Shown here in pieces: positions 30,301-37,915 of a DNA stretch of 64,000 bases (its first letter is position 1; each line of letters starts with the position of its first letter). Position numbers and translations under genes: made by a program. The stretch is from a bacterium (GTDB taxonomy: Bacteria; Patescibacteriota; Saccharimonadia; CAILAD01; JADZBC01). Under the pieces are notes generated by a model. That model had not been told where the DNA came from and searched no databases. It was given only the letters and a program-made list of their open reading frames with translations. Location of the stretch: positions 294-64,293 of the forward strand of contig JADZBC010000016.1 in NCBI GenBank assembly GCA_020852295.1. The letters run 5' to 3'.

Positions 30301-31665
30301 ATTAGTGCTGGCACCAGTCTTGTAGATCCGCACCGTATCAAGATTGAAGTTCGTATTAGTATAAGCGGTACCCACATATATGGTCGGCGCGAGTGGACTT
30401 CGGCTCATCGTAGGGGTATTGGGTGCAGTATACGTATCCCAGTTTACCCAGTTATTGCTCGCGTGATACTTTGCCCCTGTAGCTGTCGGCTCGATCGCAT
30501 AGCGACGCCACCAATTTGTCTGGCCTTCCTGTAGGCCCTGCATATCGGCAGGGTTAATGCTGTAGGGTTGGCCGTTCAGATAATCGTAGAAGGCGCCATA
30601 ATAATTACTATCGTTACCCGCTTCACAGCCAAAATAAGCACTGTGTTGATCGACAGCATTTCCCCAATCAATCACATTATACATGTTGGGCTGGAATGAT
30701 GTGCAAGTGCCGTTACTCTGATTTCCTAGCGACATAACGTTGACGCTAAACTCGAACCGCTTAGGATCGTTTCGGTCAATCTGATCGGTTATTGGGGTTA
30801 AGCCGCCGTTACCAGCACTATTGCCAGCGCTGTTATCAAAATGCAGTACTCCGTCGCTCACGCTTATCGCCGGATCAAGCGAGGCGCTTACATTCCACTT
30901 ACCGAGATCGATGCTATTACCATTGAAGTCATCGTAAAAAGAAAATACATCCTGGTCCCAGCTGGAGCCTGCGGCAGAATTACCATAATACATGTAGATC
31001 TTAGTAACCCCCTGTGCGAGCGTTGGGATTTTAACAAAGACCTCGTCCGATGTGGCGTTTTGAGTGTTCTCGTGCCACATTGACAGGAGTGTGCCATCTG
31101 TCAACGTGAAGCGCAGATCGGCAAAGTCAGACTTCATATTGCCGTTGTATGGCACGGTAAACTTCACTGGATAGTCTGTGCGGGCCTGATCACTATTGAT
31201 GTTAATCTGCTGCCGGTACTGCCAGTCACTATCACAGGAGCTAGGAATGTTACACCAGTCACTGATCGTCGTCGCGCCGACTGTGAGCTGGTTTGGCGTA
31301 CTAGTGACGATGTTATCAGCTTCCGCGAACTGATTTGAGTGATTAGTGCCGACACCACCACTCCAATCAGATTGGAGCCAGTTATCAAAGGCCTGGGCAA
31401 CGCGCCCAAAACCAAGCGACAACACCGCCATGACTGCCACGCTCACGACAAGGGCCGAATAGTGTACAACTCGATGACGAGGCTGTTCGTGCCAATTACG
31501 ATACCACTCCAGATGACGCACCAACCCCTCGTGGGTATTGTGGACGATCACTTCATGGCCCTTTTTGATTACCCTTACAGGAATATATAAAACACCTATC
31601 AGGCCAGAAGCCGTACCGGTACTGGACATTTTTGTCTTACTTTTTCTTTTCGGGTCTTTGGACAC
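27316..31665 (-). CDS. Giant (1449-aa) N-terminally membrane-anchored surface protein, paralog A of the same family
   Basis: Same architecture; shared strings include DNNWYGKNHTSG, NYCWSVN.PIA.DGSNC.WTG.GITQLA and the C-terminal QSAIVGRA.DS.LSIIFNAL.RIFGF. Its stop lies 3 nt from the start of paralog B. Confidence 0.7.
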   Translation of the reverse strand: MSKDPKRKSKTKMSSTGTASGLIGVLYIPVRVIKKGHEVIVHNTHEGLVRHLEWYRNWHEQPRHRVVHYSALVVSVAVMAVLSLGFGRVAQAFDNWLQSDWSGGVGTNHSNQFAEADNIVTSTPNQLTVGATTISDWCNIPSSCDSDWQYRQQININSDQARTDYPVKFTVPYNGNMKSDFADLRFTLTDGTLLSMWHENTQNATSDEVFVKIPTLAQGVTKIYMYYGNSAAGSSWDQDVFSFYDDFNGNSIDLGKWNVSASLDPAISVSDGVLHFDNSAGNSAGNGGLTPITDQIDRNDPKRFEFSVNVMSLGNQSNGTCTSFQPNMYNVIDWGNAVDQHSAYFGCEAGNDSNYYGAFYDYLNGQPYSINPADMQGLQEGQTNWWRRYAIEPTATGAKYHASNNWVNWDTYTAPNTPTMSRSPLAPTIYVGTAYTNTNFNLDTVRIYKTGASTNVLFGLEQSQGGAIGSLSSATFQAGTKPYFGTLTLGQSGGGVVGVRIRTAQNSDMSDAQGFDSCNIINSGAAISTSSCVEPNEPYVQYQILMSQPAGGDIAVQSVDIEYLDDPDAPDTPANIVVKKSPSGTAIADGGWINTQNPYISWDAASDNLGGSGVAGYCVYIGDNNTDDPATTKGIITDPSPLNTGGACQYATANTNLDLASVGHGSMNNGSTYYITLRSIDYAGNVSTGSVQRSWKLDTVAPDVQTLFNAPPAATNSAVFSATWLTLGNVIEADSGFAGFKYCVTNANLGFSGCTQNDNNWYGKNHTSGRIDDVSDVFTFAEGIASTSEADADRLDLGGPFSVGVNFVYYVGVDNAGNLWNANNGSNAVVLITQHPAGAPTNLTVSPTSNSANSFSFSWDQPGFFVGAPSNINYCWSVNEPIAQDGSNCKWTGKGITQLAAGPYATLQGTNIMYISGKDDTGNFDGTQAATVEFEASTVAPGAPTNLDVADASIKATSTWRLAMSWDAPVSVGAGISSYKIYRSTDNSTFTQVGSTSASNLSFIDSGLNQVTYYYKVLACDNADACGVASNISSKKPTGKYTTPPNLTSDANQPRAENITARKASIVWFTDRESDSRVAIGTTSGQYATEEIGNSDQVTSHRVNLDNLNPGTKYYYVTKWTDTDGNTGVSPEVSFTTLPAPTVKEAAATNINVDRATINFTVSSASAVKIYYGRTDTFGGIKTLNTSTRESSYAVELPELTDGTKYLFRIDGADSDGNQYFGNIYSFTTLPLPKIQNLRFDTVEGEPSSTQRVTWETNVPSSSEVSYGPVGATPKDLINSSLTTKHELIIRNLEDDTEYSLVARSRDASGNLATSSQQVFRTALDTRPAKISDFNVEVGVRGTGASARGQVVVSWKTDEPTSSAVGYGIGTDVSAATSQTAEDGRLTKDHVVVLSDLSPSSVYQVRAISYDKARNKAMSESQSAIVGRASDSILSIIFNALSRIFGFGG

Positions 31666-31792
31666 CAGGTTAACCTTGAGCGTTATCTATTAGGACTATT
31701 ATAAGATGCCCCTTATGGTTACGCAAGCTCAAATAGCAACGACTTTTTTCCACATACCGCAAGAGTTTTCCACTGGTATTTTTTATAGTTAT

Positions 31793-31810
31793 ATGACAAT
31801 ATATTGTCAT
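31793..31810. promoter_or_regulatory. Perfect 18-bp palindrome (NrdR-box-like) overlapping the nrdR start codon
   Basis: ATGACAATATATTGTCAT is exactly self-complementary; its AT-rich core ACAATATATTGT resembles NrdR-box operators. It sits in the divergent region between nrdR and the giant-protein operon. Confidence 0.45.
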
Positions 31811-32252
31811 GAAATGCGCATATTGTGGTTCAACAAAAACCGAGGTATTCAACTCTCGATCAACGCGTAGTGGCACGCAGATTTGGCGACGTCGTCGCTG
31901 TCAGGATTGTGGCGAGGTAATGACCAGCTACGAACGTCCTGACCTCTCTGCAGTCCTCTACATCGATACAGGGGCCAAAAAGAAGACGCGCTATAGCCGG
32001 GCAAAACTCCTCATCAGCCTGGTGCGTGCCTTCGAGCAGAGCAACAAGCTCACTGACCTAGAAAACATTATCGACACAATTGAGCAGCGGCTTATGGCAC
32101 TCAAGACAGAGTATGTCACTTCGGCCGAACTGACCGAGGTAGTCTTGCGCACGATCAAGCCAGTCGATACCGCTGCATTCGTCAAATACCTTGCTGCATA
32201 CGGTGATATTGCCTCCTCGCGTGAACTCAACAAACTCATGAAAAAATACTAG
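31809..32252 (+). CDS. nrdR: Transcriptional repressor NrdR (zinc ribbon plus ATP-cone)
   Basis: MKCAYCGSTKTEVFNSRSTRSGTQIWRRRRCQDCGEVMTSYER is the canonical NrdR N-terminus; 147 aa. Confidence 0.85.
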   Translation: MKCAYCGSTKTEVFNSRSTRSGTQIWRRRRCQDCGEVMTSYERPDLSAVLYIDTGAKKKTRYSRAKLLISLVRAFEQSNKLTDLENIIDTIEQRLMALKTEYVTSAELTEVVLRTIKPVDTAAFVKYLAAYGDIASSRELNKLMKKY

Positions 32253-32314
32253 CTCCAGATTAGGAGCTAGTATTTTTTACATAGTTGTTATGCTAAAGCA
32301 TGAAGATCAAGTTG

Positions 32315-32974
32315 CTATTCGCCAGCCTTTTCTTGCTCACCCTCAGCGGCCTCTTCACTGCCCTCTTCGGCAGGAATGTTTTCCACGATCTCTTCATCGA
32401 GTGCTTCGAGCTCTTCGTCACTGCGTGGCGGCTCGACTCGCGCAACCAACTCTTCGGCATCAGTCAGTAGCTTCACATCAGCCGGTAGTTTGACGTCAGC
32501 CACGGTAATTGTCTTCTCGAAGTCATCTAGTACTGAGATATCAACCTCAATCTGTTGAGGAAGATTGCCAGGAAGAGCCTCAATCTCGAGCGCCTCCAGG
32601 TTAGTTATAAGGCTACCATCCTGCTGAAAGACAGCGGTCGATTCACCGACGAAATGCAGTGGTACTTCTGTACGGATCACCTCATCCATCTTCACCAGAT
32701 AGATATCAGCGTGGATTGGCTCTGATTTGACGACATCAAAAGCAACGTCCTGTATAAGCACATTGTACTTCTTACCATCAAGCGAAAGCTCGAGGATACT
32801 ACTGTAGCCTGCCTGATTCAAGATACGGCCAAACTCCTTGGCATCAAGCGTAATGTTCTTGTTCTCGGCGCCACGGCCATACAGCACCGCAGGCACCTTA
32901 CCTGATTCGCGCAGTTTTTTTACAGCCTTTCCTGCTTCTTGACGCAGGTCAGCCGACAAAATGATCTTATCCAT
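32315..32974 (-). CDS. rplY: 50S ribosomal protein L25, general stress protein Ctc form
   Basis: N-terminal LSADLRQEAGKAVKKLRESGKVPAVLYGRG matches L25, with a two-domain Ctc-type body and an acidic C-terminal tail. Confidence 0.8.
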   Translation of the reverse strand: MDKIILSADLRQEAGKAVKKLRESGKVPAVLYGRGAENKNITLDAKEFGRILNQAGYSSILELSLDGKKYNVLIQDVAFDVVKSEPIHADIYLVKMDEVIRTEVPLHFVGESTAVFQQDGSLITNLEALEIEALPGNLPQQIEVDISVLDDFEKTITVADVKLPADVKLLTDAEELVARVEPPRSDEELEALDEEIVENIPAEEGSEEAAEGEQEKAGE

Positions 32975-32990
32975 TTTTTCCTAAATCTTA

Positions 32991-33338
32991 TTATTTGGTC
33001 TGTTTGTGCTTGGTAAGCTTCAGGTGGAACTCAGCGATTTCAGTCGAAGAAATCGCGCCCTTAGCCTTAAACTTAGCTTTTTCGCGTGGCTTGAGGTCAG
33101 TTTTCTTATGGTACGACTTTGGTTTAGCTGGTTCAGCTTCAACCTGTTCGGCACCACTCAACATGACCGTGGCCAGTACTGGCAGAGAACACTCGTGACA
33201 GCTTAACTGCATAAAGCAGCTAGAATCTACCTTACCCAAGAACTTAATATCATCAAAGTGATAGCTCGCGCCACAGGAGGGACATTTATAAAAAATCTGC
33301 AGATTACGAATAAGTTCTTGAAAGTTTTTTCTGTTCAA
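32991..33338 (-). CDS. Hypothetical zinc-ribbon protein with a lysine-rich C-terminus
   Basis: CPSCG...CHEC pairs of cysteines and a basic tail. Confidence 0.4.
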   Translation of the reverse strand: MNRKNFQELIRNLQIFYKCPSCGASYHFDDIKFLGKVDSSCFMQLSCHECSLPVLATVMLSGAEQVEAEPAKPKSYHKKTDLKPREKAKFKAKGAISSTEIAEFHLKLTKHKQTK

Positions 33339-33411
33339 TGACGTACTCCCTCTTAGCTACGAGAATACCACTTTTCTCCTGTAAGGTCAATCTAAACTGC
33401 GGTGGTCTAGC

Positions 33412-34473
33412 CTACGATGAAGTGTTTTTTCGGCGACGTAGCAGCGTCAGGAAAACAACAGAAGTCACCATCAGGAAGATGAGAGTCGCAATGGCGATCA
33501 CCTTCTGTCCGGTATTGGCGATGAGTGCAATCAGCCCGAAGGTTATCGAGATCGCATATATCAGAAGGACCGCTTGGCGCTGGCTCAAGCCAACATCGAT
33601 CAAAAGATGATGGAAATGCCCTCGATCGGCACTAAATGGCGAACGGCCGGTTGCAATACGGCGAATAAACGCCCATATTGCGTCAAAAATCGGCACACCA
33701 AGCACTAAAGCGGCAGTAGCAAGCTTGGCACCCGAGAAAATTGCCAAAATACCAAGCGTCATACCGAGAAAATAAGCACCACTATCGCCATTGAAGATCT
33801 TTGCTGGGTAAAAGTTGTATACAAGGTAACCCAGAGAGGCGCCCGTGAGCGTAATTGCGATGAGTGCTGTGTCGGGTTGGTTGACCGAGGGGCTAATCGC
33901 CAGGAGAAAGACTATAAATGCCGCGATAGCCGACACGCCTCCAGATAGGCCATCGAGACCATCAAGTAGGTTGATCGTATTGGTGATGCCGACCAGCCAG
34001 ATGATCGACAATACTGTGGCGATAAGCCCCGCCCCAACCTGAAATGGACCGATCGCCAGGGGCGGAACTTTGCTCGACAAAGAAATAGCCTGCCCGAAAG
34101 GATTTGTAATCGTGTCGATACTAATGCCGAAGCCAACCACCGCTACTGCAGCCGCCAGGATCTGAAAACACAACTTAATCCACGGACTCAAGCCTTTGAC
34201 GTCATCATACAGGCCGACCAGTAGTACAATCGTGCCCGCCAGCAACAGCCCTATGAAGTTCTGCGTGATCTTAGGAAGGAGTACTAAACAAACCAGTACG
34301 AAGCTCAGATAGATCGCCACGCCCCCAGCGCGAGGCACGGCATGCTTGTGTATCTTGCGCTCTTCCCGTCCAGCGTGATCAATCGCTCCAAATTGCGTGG
34401 CATAACGGATGACGATTGGCACTAAGATCGCAGCTACGATCAGGCTCAAGACGAGAGCAGCCCAGTACATCAT
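33412..34473 (-). CDS. Polyprenyl-phosphate N-acetylhexosamine-1-phosphate transferase (GT4 family, WecA/MraY-like)
   Basis: LYDDVKGL, NLLDGLDGLSGG and IFNGDSGAYFLG motifs; 10-11 TM helices. Confidence 0.7.
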   Translation of the reverse strand: MMYWAALVLSLIVAAILVPIVIRYATQFGAIDHAGREERKIHKHAVPRAGGVAIYLSFVLVCLVLLPKITQNFIGLLLAGTIVLLVGLYDDVKGLSPWIKLCFQILAAAVAVVGFGISIDTITNPFGQAISLSSKVPPLAIGPFQVGAGLIATVLSIIWLVGITNTINLLDGLDGLSGGVSAIAAFIVFLLAISPSVNQPDTALIAITLTGASLGYLVYNFYPAKIFNGDSGAYFLGMTLGILAIFSGAKLATAALVLGVPIFDAIWAFIRRIATGRSPFSADRGHFHHLLIDVGLSQRQAVLLIYAISITFGLIALIANTGQKVIAIATLIFLMVTSVVFLTLLRRRKNTSS

Positions 34474-36176
34474 TTCTTCACAGCCTTATCTGTTACACGA
34501 AACTCTAGATACTTGCCAAACATCAGGCGTGTCTGTGCATTGATGGCGGCTAGGGCGCCGAAGCATAGGGTTGTGACCGGTAGTAGTACCCACTGTGCCA
34601 CCATAAAGATGGTACGGGACTTCTTATAGCGGGCCGGGCGTGGCGGCAGCAAGATGATACTGATCCAGATAGTCACGAACATTCCCAGTGCGGCAAGAGT
34701 TAGGATCCGGCTCGCAATCACCGGCAATTGATGTGCCACCACCAAGGTTGCGAAGTCTTGGTTGACCAGCAGCGGTATCCAAGCTACGAAGGTCAGAATG
34801 ATTGGTGCGGTTGCCCAGCTGTAGTGCCCCTCAAATAGTCGACCGATCGAAACCAGCTTCTTACCGAGCGGAATGCGGTTGTTTTTGAGCGAGTGCTTGA
34901 CCACAAAAGCAAAGTCCGAGGCTCCCCAGGCCCAGCGCTGAAGCTGCTTAAACTGCGCCACGATGGTTTTGCGGTAGTTGTCCGATAGTACGGCATCTTG
35001 ATAGATCGGGATAAAGAGCGGCTCAACCGTATGATCGCCATCGTAGGCAAAAAATGTCCGCCAGTACTGGTGGCCGTCTTCGACGATCGTGTGGACAGAC
35101 CAGAAATCCGTGTCAATCAGGGTAGCGAGACCCTGTGCGTGAGCGGCAAAGTTACGCAAGCGATGTGGTCGTACCATCTCAATCATGGTCCAGAAGGAGT
35201 TACCAGTAGCGATTACTCGCATCGGCGCCGGACAATCCCAGATATTGTTAAAAAACATCGGGATCGGCTGATATGACTTGTGGCGCCGGTTTGGATCGGT
35301 GGCGTAGGCGTAGGTTAGGTAGCTAAAGTACTGGCGATCGACCCGATGGTCGGAGTCTAAAGTCGTCACAATAACGTGCTCTGGATCGATCTGCTTCTCC
35401 TTTACGTAGGTCAGGAAATGCTTACCAGCATAGGTAATGTTGGGACCCTTCCCTGTTTTGAGCTCACCCGGCAGGTTGGCCGGATGCTTGATAGTAATAA
35501 AATCGTAAAAAGTCGTACCAAACTCTTTCTTGAGCACTTCGGCATTTTTCTCTGTTTGCTCGCCACCCCGCTCTTCATAGGCCAGGATCACGATCATTTT
35601 CTTCAGATCATAGTCAGCCTCAGTCAGTGCCTGAATTGATGGACGAAGAATATCGATAGACTCATTGTAGGTAGCAACAATCACCGCCTGATAGATATCT
35701 TTGGGGCGCAACAGAGTCTGTGAGCGCTGATCTAGCAGCTGCAGCTCGGCGACATACTGCTGTAGGTCACGAGCTTTCTGATAGTGCTGTAGCCTTTGAC
35801 GGTCAAAACTAAACCGCTGCATAAAGCCAATCCGTTCGCTACGCTCATAGCGACGCTGATATTTCTCAAGCGCTTCATCAAGCTGATTGAGCTCAGAGAG
35901 TCGATCCGACCAATTCATTTTCATCGCCGCCTTGAAGTTGCGGTAGGCCTTGATCTGATACCAGCTCATGCGAAATGATTTCATCATCCAAAGCAAATCA
36001 AAGGCGATAATGAAATACGCAATCACGATCGGGCTGAACAGGCTCAGGATAATTGCCGCGACGATAGTTCCCCAGCTCATAAATCCTGGAAAAATCTCGA
36101 GCACTCGATAGAACCAGCGGCTATCCACGAAGCCTAGTGCCGTATAGTCGATCTTTTTTAGTCTAAACCGCGCCAT
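34470..36176 (-). CDS. Processive family-2 glycosyltransferase (cellulose/chitin/hyaluronan-synthase-like) with flanking TM helices
   Basis: QLQRWAWG (QxxRW) motif, TTLDSDH (D,D,D) motif, an N-terminal TM pair and a C-terminal TM cluster; overlaps the GT4 gene. Confidence 0.65.
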   Translation of the reverse strand: MARFRLKKIDYTALGFVDSRWFYRVLEIFPGFMSWGTIVAAIILSLFSPIVIAYFIIAFDLLWMMKSFRMSWYQIKAYRNFKAAMKMNWSDRLSELNQLDEALEKYQRRYERSERIGFMQRFSFDRQRLQHYQKARDLQQYVAELQLLDQRSQTLLRPKDIYQAVIVATYNESIDILRPSIQALTEADYDLKKMIVILAYEERGGEQTEKNAEVLKKEFGTTFYDFITIKHPANLPGELKTGKGPNITYAGKHFLTYVKEKQIDPEHVIVTTLDSDHRVDRQYFSYLTYAYATDPNRRHKSYQPIPMFFNNIWDCPAPMRVIATGNSFWTMIEMVRPHRLRNFAAHAQGLATLIDTDFWSVHTIVEDGHQYWRTFFAYDGDHTVEPLFIPIYQDAVLSDNYRKTIVAQFKQLQRWAWGASDFAFVVKHSLKNNRIPLGKKLVSIGRLFEGHYSWATAPIILTFVAWIPLLVNQDFATLVVAHQLPVIASRILTLAALGMFVTIWISIILLPPRPARYKKSRTIFMVAQWVLLPVTTLCFGALAAINAQTRLMFGKYLEFRVTDKAVKK

Positions 36177-36546
36177 AATTCACCGATGTAAAACCAAAAA
36201 GAATTGCCGTAGACAAAATTGCCACCAGCAAGCTAATAAATAGGAGAAATATCGCCATGAGCCGGCTCTTCTTGTAGAGGACGATGCCCAGTGCCAGGTT
36301 AGTCAAGAACGTTGCCAGAGAGATTATCACCAATTCATACAGTTCGTACCACTTTCCAAGCTCGAAATTCTGCAAACTCGTATAGTGAACCGGGATAAGT
36401 AATTCGGTTTGCCGGATATGTGTGATTGACCAGATAAACTCGAAGGCAATAACTAAAGCCGAGAAAAACAAAAAGCCCACAATCCAACCATCTTGGAAAA
36501 AGGCGTGACTCTTAATACCTTCGCGTGCTTTTTTCAGCCTACTCAT
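36163..36546 (-). CDS. Small polytopic membrane protein co-transcribed with the GT2 synthase
   Basis: 127 aa with 3-4 hydrophobic helices; overlaps the GT2 start. Confidence 0.45.
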   Translation of the reverse strand: MSRLKKAREGIKSHAFFQDGWIVGFLFFSALVIAFEFIWSITHIRQTELLIPVHYTSLQNFELGKWYELYELVIISLATFLTNLALGIVLYKKSRLMAIFLLFISLLVAILSTAILFGFTSVNYGAV

Positions 36547-36567
36547 GTGAGCTTATTATACTACTAA

Positions 36568-36643
36568 TGGAGCCACCTAGCGGGATCGAACCGCTGACCT
36601 ACGCTTTACGAAAGCGCCGCTCTACCAGCTGAGCTAAGGTGGC
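36568..36643 (-). tRNA. tRNA-Thr (anticodon CGT), discriminator U73, CCA encoded
   Basis: Cloverleaf GCCACCT/AGGTGGC, anticodon loop TTCGTAA, T-loop TTCGATC; 76 nt. Confidence 0.8.
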
Positions 36644-36671
36644 ATGGTTATTTCACTCAGGTCGCAAAATA

Positions 36672-36745
36672 TGGAGCGGGTAGCGGGAATCGAACCCGCA
36701 TCTCAACCTTGGGAAGGTCGCGTTCTACCACTAAACTATACCCGC
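36672..36745 (-). tRNA. tRNA-Gly (anticodon CCC), CCA encoded
   Basis: Cloverleaf GCGGGTA/TACCCGC, anticodon loop TTCCCAA, T-loop TTCGATT; 74 nt. Confidence 0.8.
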
Positions 36746-37181
36746 AGATACAAATTACTGGATTATTTTAGCATATTGGGCTGCCACACCGCTGATGTGG
36801 CGCAAAATACCCTATTTTATCCCCTTTGGACGCAAGAAAAACGTTTTGCCAAATTTTTTTGGCTGCTTTTTGCGTAAGTCCGTTGGGTCAAGATTTTTAA
36901 TTGCCATCATGTGTCTATCTGTCGAGATCCGACTCACCGCAACTTGCTTCTCGTCACGAGCGCTGCTATTGTTCATTGATTGCATAACTTTTGTACCCAA
37001 TTACAATTTATTGTTCAAAGCCATTTATCTAGTGTTCAAAAAGCTAATGTTTTGCTTTAAAATAAGCGTTTTTGTGTATTTTTAGTTATTTTACACCTGT
37101 AGAGTGCATAATTACAGCGTAACTACCTTGTGAATTGATCTATAGGGCCATTTCTGCTACCATATTTGGGTTATATGACGC

Positions 37182-37258
37182 GGGCTCGTGGTGTAGAGGC
37201 CTAACATGCCTCCCTGTCACGGAGGAGATCGCCGGTTCGAATCCGGTCGAGCCCGCCA
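37182..37258 (+). tRNA. tRNA-Asp (anticodon GTC), CCA encoded
   Basis: Cloverleaf GGGCTCG/CGAGCCC, anticodon stem CCTCC/GGAGG, loop CTGTCAC, T-loop TTCGAAT; 77 nt. Confidence 0.75.
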
Positions 37259-37264
37259 GAAAAG

Positions 37265-37293
37265 ACACTGAGCTAGTCTCGGTGTTTTTTCTT
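37265..37293 (+). terminator. Rho-independent terminator after tRNA-Asp
   Basis: Hairpin ACACTGAG-CTAGT-CTCGGTGT followed by TTTTT. Confidence 0.5.
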
Positions 37294-37464
37294 TGAAGCG
37301 TTCAAATTCCTGACAATAAAACTAAGAAGCGACCTCCCAGGTGATTTGGAGAAACTCCACCTTTGTAGTTCAGATACTTTACTATTGACTTTTGTACAAT
37401 ACATGTTAATATGTATGACTAGCTGGCAATCCGGCCTGCTAATGAGAGAATAGAGGTACCTCAC

Positions 37465-37838
37465 ATGACCACCCCAACCCTCACCCTGAACCTGGAGCGC
37501 GACCCGCTCATGCGAGAGGGCGTCACCTTCAGGGAGACCGTCCCGGCAGGGATCACCGAAGTCCGCATCGGGCGTGAAGCTCCGCTGCCGGGCGAGGTCG
37601 GTGACAACGTGCAGTTCTACTACATCCCTTGGGGCACCGTCTCCGCGGTGCACCTGATCATCCGACTAGAGGCCGATCGCTGGGTCCTCTACGACCCACG
37701 ATCGACCAATGGAACCTTCTGGCTGGAGGGCTCCGTTCCACCCCGCAAGCTGGAGAACGGCGTCCCCTACGTCCTGGAGGACGGTGCGCGTACCGGGTGG
37801 CCACCGGAGGGATCCTCAACATCGCCCTCGGCGAGTAG
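37465..37838 (+). CDS. FHA-domain protein in a high-GC segment, probably frameshifted (the frame-1 ORF runs to 38124; the FHA C-terminus continues in another frame to a stop at 37838)
   Basis: FHA signature RIGREAP...DNVQF...VSAVHLIIRLEADRWVLYDPRSTNGTFW. About 64% GC against a 48-50% background. After ...PYVLEDGA the FHA-like ending ...ATGGILNIALGE* continues in a different frame (the same frame as the 69-aa ORF 37629..37838). The remaining frame-1 tail is S/P/R-rich and antisense to the neighbouring gene. Confidence 0.5.
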
Positions 37839-37915
37839 GAAGGCACCTCTCCCCCGCCTCCGCGGGTTCATTATTCGTTTCACGACGAATGAAGAGCCCA
37901 AGGAGGCTTCTTCAT

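Noticed and set aside
36644-36877. 77-aa plus-strand ORF
   Set aside because: It lies entirely across the minus-strand tRNA-Thr and tRNA-Gly genes, so it is a spurious reading frame.
37273-37653. 126-aa minus-strand ORF
   Set aside because: It is antisense to the FHA-domain gene in the high-GC segment and also spans the intergenic terminator, so it is a GC-driven shadow ORF.
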